From: Escherichia phage JMPW1
Length of the DNA stretch: 49,628 nucleotides
Sequence record: NC_041874.1
Reading direction: 5' to 3' (one strand)
Made by a program: the position numbers and the translations under genes. The notes below the pieces were generated by a model. That model was not told where the DNA came from. It was given only the letters and a program-made list of their open reading frames with translations, and ran no database searches. Below, piece after piece: positions 1 to 5,722 of the stretch. Position 1 is the stretch's first letter. Each line of letters begins with the position of its first letter.

Positions 1-60
1 ATTGCATGGTTTGCAACAGTTGGTTGATTTGTTGCTTAGATTGCAATGATTGTGAGAGGG
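1..60. repeat. GATTGCA/TTTGCAA repeat tract (continues at 49590-49628 if the ends are joined)
   Basis: attgcatgg, tttgcaac, gattgcaatgattg at the left end; ctgattgcgattgattgcaaatgatg at the right end. Confidence 0.55.
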
Positions 61-105
61 GGGGATCTAGTGTTGCCCGGTTCGCCTGGTAGTCATCTCC
101 ATTTT

Positions 106-120
106 TAGCAAAAAGTGCTA
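106..120. promoter_or_regulatory. palindrome TAGCAaaaagTGCTA (operator-like, no -10 at the usual distance)
   Basis: Perfect 5+5 inverted repeat. Flanks match the consensus ATAGCACTTTTTGCTAAAA on the minus strand. Lies in the large divergent control region. Confidence 0.5.
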
Positions 121-136
121 TCGATTACACTTTACC

Positions 137-165
137 TTGTCACAGATGTAATATTTGTCTAGAAT
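137..165 (+). promoter_or_regulatory. sigma70-type early promoter candidate
   Basis: TTGTCA (137-142), 17-nt spacer, TAGAAT (160-165); overlaps iteron 147-162. Confidence 0.5.
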
Positions 166-437
166 CGCACTTGTGACAAAATTACACACTGTGACGCCTC
201 TAAATATACATATAGATATATGTATCTATATAATATATATAGTGTTTTCTTTATTTATATATATAGATAATTATATTGTAATAGTTGTGTATAGTTGTCT
301 TACATTGTCTAGCGTACTGTTGGCATATTTCTATCTGCATGTTTATATATACAGTACTTTTTTGAGAGCTATATATTTCTATAGTGACTCTAGACAGCTA
401 GACAAATGTTACACAGCTTAATATCGGCTCGCAGTCA

Positions 438-466
438 TTGACAGCTCTGTATCGCACTGTCACAAT
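438..466 (+). promoter_or_regulatory. sigma70-type early promoter candidate
   Basis: TTGACA (438-443), 17-nt spacer, CACAAT (461-466); 59 nt upstream of the first gene. Confidence 0.4.
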
Positions 467-524
467 GTCAATTGTTGACACATTATGACGCCATTTACAC
501 ACGAATAGACAAAGAGGATATATT

Positions 525-1040
525 ATGAGCAATACCAATCAGGAATTAAAAATCACCGATATGATTCGACTAACCTGCGATGCAATGTATCGCGACAAAG
601 GCATGAATGAGTTCTCTTTCGTGGCTGATGATATGGCCCTCGAGGCCGCGCGATTCTACTTCCGTGACCAGGAGGTAAGTGATAGCGATCTTGAATCTGC
701 CGCTGCCGGATGGGTGGACCAGAACCAGGGTGAGGTGGAGAAGCGATTCAAGTCTGCTTTCATTACGCCAATCATTACCCGGCACTTTTGCAAGTATGGC
801 AAGGTGGCAAAGGTGAAGGTAGGCCGGAATGACGCTGCAATCACAATGATAACGGTTATCGTTACCGACGAAGAGATTCCCGTGAAGAAGCGCCGCAGTC
901 GGAAGAAAGTTAGCCTGGCCGATTGCCTGGATTCGTTTGTGGTTGATGTGGGTAAACTGGCTGATAGCGAATTGATGACTCGTGACGTAAACGAGATCGT
1001 TCGCCAGATGAAGGCGCATATCGAAAAGTGTGGACTGTAA
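525..1040 (+). CDS. hypothetical early protein (171 aa)
   Basis: ATG 7 nt after AAAGAGGA SD; first ORF after control region A; no recognisable motif. Confidence 0.6.
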   Translation: MSNTNQELKITDMIRLTCDAMYRDKGMNEFSFVADDMALEAARFYFRDQEVSDSDLESAAAGWVDQNQGEVEKRFKSAFITPIITRHFCKYGKVAKVKVGRNDAAITMITVIVTDEEIPVKKRRSRKKVSLADCLDSFVVDVGKLADSELMTRDVNEIVRQMKAHIEKCGL

Positions 1041-1055
1041 GCACTGAGCGGTAAA

Positions 1056-1098
1056 TAGCACTTTTTGTTAAAACCGGATCGGGATAACGCGGTATAGT
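1056..1098 (+). promoter_or_regulatory. palindrome-promoter cassette
   Basis: TAGCActtttTGTTA, 22-nt spacer, TATAGT 1093-1098; hairpin GGGATAAC/GTTATCCC spans the -10. Confidence 0.55.
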
Positions 1099-1129
1099 TA
1101 TCCCATCAACAACGAATGAGAAAACGAAG

Positions 1130-1324
1130 ATGGAAACGCAAATTGACGTAGTGGTTGTTCAGCGAGACTCAACTCATGAAAAGGGTCTGTTTAAGAAGGG
1201 AACGGAAATCACGATCGACCTTGAGGATATGGTTGCTTATCACTCTGGACTTACCTGGAACGTGGTGCGCGTAGGCAGCGACTATAAACTCAAAGGCTTT
1301 AACACTTACTTTGCAGAGGCTTAA
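1130..1324 (+). CDS. hypothetical early protein (64 aa)
   Basis: ORF directly downstream of promoter cassette 1056-1098; GAGAAAACGAAG leader. Confidence 0.55.
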   Translation: METQIDVVVVQRDSTHEKGLFKKGTEITIDLEDMVAYHSGLTWNVVRVGSDYKLKGFNTYFAEA

Positions 1325-1326
1325 TC

Positions 1327-1797
1327 ATGACAACCATTACCGTATTTCTGGCTAAAGATGAGATTGATGGCGAAATGTCATTCTTCGCATTTGAGCACAA
1401 AACCGGATCGCACTGGCATATGTATAGCCGCTACACGGTTATCGATATCAACTCATACCGCGCAGGCTCACTTACTGAAAAGCTGGGTTGCTTCATTGGA
1501 GCTATCAAGGTGAACAATGGCTGCGAGTGGGCAGATGAGCACGAAGAGCGCCGCATGTGCAATATGATTAACCCGGTCTATCTTGAGTCGTTCGAGCTTG
1601 ATGCTGATGTGAACATTAAGGTGAGAAAGTCTGGTGAGTTATTGCCAGGGATGCGTGTGCTGACTGGTTACTCGGGCCGTAAGGTGTGGCGCACCGTATC
1701 GAAGATTCGCCAGCGTTCTGCAACATGCTACAGCGTATTCTTTGAAGATGGCTGGAATATGATGTCCGGTAGTGAGGTGAAGTATCTCACCAAATAG
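1327..1797 (+). CDS. hypothetical early protein (156 aa)
   Basis: Starts 3 nt after upstream stop; its TAG stop is the TAG of the next palindrome. Confidence 0.6.
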   Translation: MTTITVFLAKDEIDGEMSFFAFEHKTGSHWHMYSRYTVIDINSYRAGSLTEKLGCFIGAIKVNNGCEWADEHEERRMCNMINPVYLESFELDADVNIKVRKSGELLPGMRVLTGYSGRKVWRTVSKIRQRSATCYSVFFEDGWNMMSGSEVKYLTK

Positions 1798-1837
1798 CAC
1801 GAATTGTTAAAACCGGATCGGGGTATCTTGCTATAGT
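1795..1837 (+). promoter_or_regulatory. palindrome-promoter cassette
   Basis: TAGCAcgaatTGTTA, 22 nt, TGcTATAGT 1832-1837; hairpin GGGGTA/TACCCC. Confidence 0.55.
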
Positions 1838-1875
1838 TACCCCATCGAAACGAGATACCAATCAGAGGAATAACC

Positions 1876-2106
1876 ATGTCAATCGTCAAGAACCAGCAAG
1901 CAATCGATTAAACCAATAACAACCGCTTTGCTATTTTCATCACATCGATAGGTCGCCGATTTGCAGTCAAAGCCGTTCCGGGTGGATACAAAACCTACAT
2001 GGAAGATAAAGGAAAGTGGGTGTGGTGCGAAAACCTTGCAAACTTCCTAGTCTGGAATGCAGACCTCCAGGGCTTTGATGATATCAGCACCTTAATTGAG
2101 GAATAA
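1876..2106 (+). pseudogene. early gene interrupted by in-frame TAA (codon 12, 1909-1911)
   Basis: Canonical cassette leader ACCAATCAGAGGAATAACC-ATG. After an 11-aa ORF the same frame stays open for 64 more codons (TNNNRFAIF...STLIEE) to TAA 2104-2106. Confidence 0.45.
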
Positions 2107-2112
2107 ATAATT

Positions 2113-2340
2113 ATGCCACGTTACAATAAACAGACTAAACTCACCCGCGTAAACGGGCACATGATTCCGGCTGAATCCACTCACTACGCAATGGGCGCAA
2201 AGCACGGAGTCTATTTCAAGTGGCGCGGTCAATGGAACTTCACGGCGGTTAGTAATTTCTACATGCGCGTCCCAGGTATTGACCCGCAGACGGTCGTAGA
2301 GGACTCAATCGGCAACAACAAGATCGAGGTGCTAAAATGA
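2113..2340 (+). CDS. hypothetical early protein (75 aa)
   Basis: ORF track; ATG 7 nt after preceding stop. Confidence 0.55.
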   Translation: MPRYNKQTKLTRVNGHMIPAESTHYAMGAKHGVYFKWRGQWNFTAVSNFYMRVPGIDPQTVVEDSIGNNKIEVLK

Positions 2341-2447
2341 ACTTCAATACAATTGCTTTATGGTCTGCCGTCTGGTTCTTCTGTATGGGTCATGTCATGG
2401 TTGGAATCGTAGTTATGCTGCTACTGTGTGCGGGAGCGTTCGAATGA
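2337..2447 (+). CDS. putative 36-aa single-pass membrane peptide
   Basis: ATGA start/stop overlap with upstream gene; MNFNTIALWSAVWFFCMGHVMVGIVVMLLLCAGAFE is almost entirely hydrophobic. Confidence 0.3.
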   Translation: MNFNTIALWSAVWFFCMGHVMVGIVVMLLLCAGAFE

Positions 2448-2617
2448 TGCGCATTCTGATTTGCATGATGGCGGCGGTCGCACTGGCTATCCTGGTAGTG
2501 TCCGGCTGCGGAGAGGCCAAAGAGCGATGCCATGAAACCGGAAACCAGGTTACTACTTTCGTGATGGTTGGCAACGTATTGCTACCAATCACATCAAATG
2601 AAATCACTTGCGAATAG
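2444..2617 (+). CDS. small putative lipoprotein (57 aa)
   Basis: ATGATG overlaps upstream TGA; signal peptide MMRILICMMAAVALAILVVSG-C with lipobox VSGC. The longer 2360 start in the ORF track is less likely. Confidence 0.45.
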   Translation: MMRILICMMAAVALAILVVSGCGEAKERCHETGNQVTTFVMVGNVLLPITSNEITCE

Positions 2618-2626
2618 GATGTTAAA

Positions 2627-2818
2627 ATGGCTGATTTTATGCACCAAATGATTGCAGTATTCAAAGGTAGTGATGACCAGGAGGTGAAAGAGTGCTTTAC
2701 TGTAGACAAGCCTTATAGCGCATCGCTAACCAGCTTCGGGAATATCTCATTGCTTGATGATAACGGCGACCCCTGGGTATTCGACGAAGACACTGATTGC
2801 TTCGAAATTAAAGAATAG
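2627..2818 (+). CDS. hypothetical acidic protein (63 aa)
   Basis: ORF track; D/E-rich; TAG stop lies inside next palindrome. Confidence 0.5.
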   Translation: MADFMHQMIAVFKGSDDQEVKECFTVDKPYSASLTSFGNISLLDDNGDPWVFDEDTDCFEIKE

Positions 2819-2858
2819 CACTTTTTGTTAAAACTCAATATCGGGGTTGCGCTATAGT
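2816..2858 (+). promoter_or_regulatory. palindrome-promoter cassette
   Basis: TAGCActtttTGTTA, 22 nt, TATAGT 2853-2858; hairpin GGGGTT/AACCCC. Confidence 0.55.
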
Positions 2859-2889
2859 AACCCCATCGACAACAAACGAGGACACTAAC

Positions 2890-3378
2890 ATGAAAATCAA
2901 ATTGCTTTGCACTGGCGGTTACAAGGGCTTTACTCGCGACCTGGAAGCGGATCCTATCGTGATTGATGCGGTGAAGTGTGATGATAGCCTCGGCGGCTAC
3001 CGCGTGAAGGTTGACGACCTGGTGAAAGCTGGCGTGTACGATCTGGGCTATGGACTTTCGGTTAGCCCGGTAGTTGGTCCGGCAGACTTCAACGAGAAGG
3101 ATGGAACGATGTTCTTCTTCGAATGGGAAGTCCAGGCAAATCCTAAGCCGCGCAAGGTTCGTCTTCTCAGTAATGGCGGCTACCCGATGCGTCCAGGTTA
3201 TGAGAATCGCACATTCCCGGTTATCGTTGACTTTGAAGAAATCACCGCACACTTAGCTTATATCAACGGTGAACAGCTTCATGCTGTTGGATTCGTGGGA
3301 TGTATGAATCAAGAGGCGCTATGCTTCTTCCATTGTAAAGCCGAGCCGTTCGATATTGAGTGCGAGTTAGTATACTAA
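2890..3378 (+). CDS. hypothetical protein with internal tandem duplication (162 aa)
   Basis: Follows cassette 2816-2858. Repeats KIKLLCTGGYKGF...PIVIDAV and KVRLLSNGGYPMRPGY...PVIVDFE. Confidence 0.6.
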   Translation: MKIKLLCTGGYKGFTRDLEADPIVIDAVKCDDSLGGYRVKVDDLVKAGVYDLGYGLSVSPVVGPADFNEKDGTMFFFEWEVQANPKPRKVRLLSNGGYPMRPGYENRTFPVIVDFEEITAHLAYINGEQLHAVGFVGCMNQEALCFFHCKAEPFDIECELVY

Positions 3379-3419
3379 GCACGAATTGTTAAAAGGGGAT
3401 TTGGCCTGACTGGTATAAT
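3377..3419 (+). promoter_or_regulatory. palindrome-promoter cassette
   Basis: AAGCAcgaatTGTTA, 22 nt, TGgTATAAT 3414-3419; hairpin GGGGATT/AATCCCC. Confidence 0.55.
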
Positions 3420-3449
3420 CCCCGCATAAACCACTAAGAGGAAAGCATC

Positions 3450-3956
3450 ATGTTAAAATTAGAAGACGTAAAATTCCCGATTAAATTTATCAGCCTAGGT
3501 TGCGGTGAAATTACATTCACCAGTGAAGATAAAGGCAAGTGGGACAATGATAAAATGTCTCAGCTTAAGTTGGATTGGTTTATCAATCGGCACAATGAAG
3601 TAAATCCTGAAAACTCAGCCAAGAAGGATTACCATTACATTATTAGTGGTAGTCAGGATGCGTACGAAAAGTATGATGGTTGGAAAATTGTTCGATCAAT
3701 CTTCCACCCCGCAAAGCCAGAAATTAAACCGATGTTACAATGCGCTCAGATCGAGAACATTCCATTGAGCGCGACGCTAAAAGGAGTGCAGCTTGATGAT
3801 AAATCCTGGCTTGAAATAACCGCCACGCCGAAAACTATTGAAGTGCACGACGATATCGTCACTCTTCTATTGCATTACGGCAGCTTTAAGCACAAAGCGG
3901 TATCAGGTGAAATCAGCATTAAGCGCGGAACACTTGTGCGCTATGAGGTGAAATAA
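3450..3956 (+). CDS. hypothetical early protein (168 aa)
   Basis: Follows cassette 3377-3419; AAGAGGAAAGCATC-ATG. Confidence 0.6.
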   Translation: MLKLEDVKFPIKFISLGCGEITFTSEDKGKWDNDKMSQLKLDWFINRHNEVNPENSAKKDYHYIISGSQDAYEKYDGWKIVRSIFHPAKPEIKPMLQCAQIENIPLSATLKGVQLDDKSWLEITATPKTIEVHDDIVTLLLHYGSFKHKAVSGEISIKRGTLVRYEVK

Positions 3957-4030
3957 TGGCTGCATGGGTTTTGATTATCTTAATGAGTACCGGGCCGGAT
4001 CACGTATACATGGAAAGTCAGCAATCATGA
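3956..4030 (+). CDS. possible 24-aa micro-ORF
   Basis: TAATG overlap with upstream stop; MAAWVLIILMSTGPDHVYMESQQS; very short, so weak. Confidence 0.2.
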   Translation: MAAWVLIILMSTGPDHVYMESQQS

Positions 4031-4102
4031 AACAAGGTACGGGAAGTAATTGCAGAGAATAAGCCGTTCGGATATGAAGTAAAAACGATGTGCGTTAAAC
4101 GA

Positions 4103-4145
4103 TAGCACGAATTGCTAAACCTTCCGCAAGGCCATTTGATATAGT
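4103..4145 (+). promoter_or_regulatory. palindrome-promoter cassette
   Basis: TAGCAcgaatTGCTA, 22 nt, TGaTATAGT 4140-4145; hairpin AAGGCCA/TGGCCTT. Confidence 0.6.
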
Positions 4146-4185
4146 GGCCTTATTGAAGCAAGGCAACCAATCAGAGGAATCAGCT

Positions 4186-4392
4186 ATGGCTACACGACTA
4201 ACTCAGTGGCAGATTTACGACAAGGCCTCACGCCTTCGTGAATCGCTTCGCGGACTGACGCCGAATGACCGAATGGAGATTATCGGGCACGCATTGCACG
4301 AACTAACATCTCAGGACGTAATCTATCATTCATGCGGCAATAAATTCTGGAACGTGACATTCGAGGTAAAGAAAGATGAGCAAAACTCATAA
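4186..4392 (+). CDS. hypothetical early protein (68 aa)
   Basis: ATG after conserved leader AACCAATCAGAGGAATCAGCT. The GTG 4144 start in the ORF track lies inside the -10 element. Confidence 0.5.
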   Translation: MATRLTQWQIYDKASRLRESLRGLTPNDRMEIIGHALHELTSQDVIYHSCGNKFWNVTFEVKKDEQNS

Positions 4393-4663
4393 GTTAAAAA
4401 TCGCCCCGATACATTTCATTGGTGTAATGAACGGAACCAAAACGGCAGAGTTCCGCATCAATGACCGCAACTTCCAGGTTGGTGATATCCTTGAGCTACG
4501 CGAGTTCGATCGTGACGACTTTACCGGGTGGGAAGTTCACGCCAGGGTGTCCGATGTTACAGACGTGACGCCATACATCAATCGCGGTTATGACGAGCAA
4601 GAATGCGACTTCACGCAATACGTGATGTTATCAATCAAGCCTTACAGGAAGGTTAGACCATGA
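4376..4663 (+). CDS. DUF3850 / ASCH (PUA-like) domain protein
   Basis: HKLKIAPIHFIGVMNGTKTAEFRINDRNFQVGDILELREF matches my memory of the DUF3850 N-terminal signature. Confidence 0.6.
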   Translation: MSKTHKLKIAPIHFIGVMNGTKTAEFRINDRNFQVGDILELREFDRDDFTGWEVHARVSDVTDVTPYINRGYDEQECDFTQYVMLSIKPYRKVRP

Positions 4664-5298
4664 AATTTGAGTGCGTATCAAGTAGCGGATCTGGTTTTAA
4701 GTGGGGAAAAACTTACAAAGGTGTTCGCGTAAATGATGACAGCTTCATCATTACTGATGAGAACGGTTGCAACGTGAACGTTGTACGGCGTCACGAATAT
4801 CAGGAAATTTTCCTGCCTTATGGCGGTAGCTCAAAATATATCTTCCATCGAATCGTGGATGGTGTTAAATTTAACGACGTAATCGAAGCAATCAACCAAC
4901 TGCATAATAAAGAGGTAAAATTTATGAAATTCGAATGTATCAGCGACAACACTAAAAAATTTACCGTTGGAAAAATTTACAACGTTCCTTCTGAGCACGC
5001 TAAGCACACTTTAGCGCTGACCGACGACACAGGCTGCCAACGCATTGCAACCGTGACGCACAATGGCGAAGGTCTTCGCTGGAACAGCGGCGGCACTAAG
5101 TTCGCAACTTTCGGTAAGAAGCGCAAGCGCAATTTCCGCGTCAACGGCAAGATCAACACCAGCAAGATTAGCAACGTCAAGCCTATTAATGTTGACCACA
5201 AGCCAGAGCTTGATCTTAAAGGCAAGGTGGATATTCCTGATATGGCTTTAGCGATCCTTATTCTTGTTGCTCTAATTTCTATCATGCTCATCATGTAA
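4660..5298 (+). CDS. membrane-anchored protein with two tandem MKFEC mini-domains
   Basis: Repeat 1 starts MKFECVSSSGSGFKWGKTY and repeat 2 MKFECISDNTKKFTVGKIY. Repeat 2 keeps its own AAGAGG-ATG at 4909-4926. C-terminal TM helix MALAILILVALISIMLIM. Confidence 0.6.
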   Translation: MKFECVSSSGSGFKWGKTYKGVRVNDDSFIITDENGCNVNVVRRHEYQEIFLPYGGSSKYIFHRIVDGVKFNDVIEAINQLHNKEVKFMKFECISDNTKKFTVGKIYNVPSEHAKHTLALTDDTGCQRIATVTHNGEGLRWNSGGTKFATFGKKRKRNFRVNGKINTSKISNVKPINVDHKPELDLKGKVDIPDMALAILILVALISIMLIM

Positions 5299-5305
5299 TT
5301 TTAAC

Positions 5306-5339
5306 GGGGAATTGGCTCTGAGCGGTTCCCCTTTCTTTT
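5306..5339 (+). terminator. intrinsic terminator fused to SD
   Basis: GGGGAA...TTCCCC stem then TTTCTTTTGGAG. Confidence 0.55.
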
Positions 5340-5351
5340 GGAGAAAACACT

Positions 5352-5462
5352 ATGCCAGACTTTTCTAACTGGAATAACGAGCCGCCATCATTTCAGGAGT
5401 TGCTATTCTGCCTCCTGGTCCTGACATTATCTCTTAAGGGTGTTTTATGGCTACTATCATAA
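5352..5462 (+). CDS. possible 36-aa membrane peptide
   Basis: GGAG SD fused to terminator T-run; MPDFSNWNNEPPSFQELLFCLLVLTLSLKGVLWLLS; overlaps next gene by 16 nt. Confidence 0.3.
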   Translation: MPDFSNWNNEPPSFQELLFCLLVLTLSLKGVLWLLS

Positions 5463-5665
5463 CAGCAGAAGATGCAGCACGCGACGCAGTGGAAGGAATG
5501 CGCCCAAATACCTCCAGAATAGCACACTACTACAAATCTGAGGTGTCGGCAGTGCAATTGGTCAACGAAATTTTAAGGCTACCACAAGTCGATTCAGCGC
5601 GCGTGGTGACGTGCTTAAAAAATTATTTTTGCATCGCTATTAAAACGAATAGCACGAATTGCTAA
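5447..5665 (+). CDS. hypothetical early protein (72 aa)
   Basis: ORF track; stop lies in palindrome 5650-5664. Confidence 0.45.
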   Translation: MATIITAEDAARDAVEGMRPNTSRIAHYYKSEVSAVQLVNEILRLPQVDSARVVTCLKNYFCIAIKTNSTNC

Positions 5666-5692
5666 AACCTATCAAGGGGAATGCGCTATGAT
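5650..5692 (+). promoter_or_regulatory. palindrome-promoter cassette
   Basis: TAGCAcgaatTGCTA, 22 nt, TATGAT 5687-5692; hairpin GGGAAT/ATTCCC. Confidence 0.5.
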
Positions 5693-5722
5693 TCCCATGC
5701 ACCAACAAACGAGGAAGCACTC

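Larger units (their letters stand above)
121..520. repeat. control region A: AT-rich core flanked by TGTAAYA-N-TGTCTA iterons
   Basis: Iterons at 147-162, 277-312 and 391-415 (inverted). Many TGTNACA heptamers. The 17-mer CTATATAATATATATAG at 226-242 is identical to 30755-30771. Confidence 0.7.

Noticed and set aside
226-260. Possible CRISPR-like or tandem-repeat array in the TATATA-rich tracts (also 30755-30810)
   Set aside because: The sequence is low-complexity AT dinucleotide with no regular repeat-spacer periodicity of 25-40 bp. It is better explained as an AT-rich core of the control regions.
330-360. LexA-box-like CTG...CAG (atCTGcatgtttatatataCAGta) and CRP-like TGTGA/TCACA pairs in region A
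   Set aside because: The CTG-to-CAG spacing is 14 nt instead of the required 10. The TGTCACA/TGTGACA pair (138-144 and 172-178) is 27 nt apart rather than the 6 nt of a CRP site.
155-421. 88-aa ORF (MSRIALVTKLHTV...) in the ORF track
   Set aside because: It lies entirely in the AT-rich iteron region. The product is I/Y/L/F-rich, as expected from translating TATATA tracts. There is no SD. It overlaps predicted promoters and is treated as non-coding control region A.
3956-4105. Second candidate gene with an in-frame stop (TGA 4028-4030), the same frame continuing to the TAG of palindrome 4103
   Set aside because: Only 24 stop-free codons follow the TGA. That has roughly a 30 percent chance in random sequence, so it is not distinguishable from chance. 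Only the 24-aa micro-ORF is kept, at low confidence.
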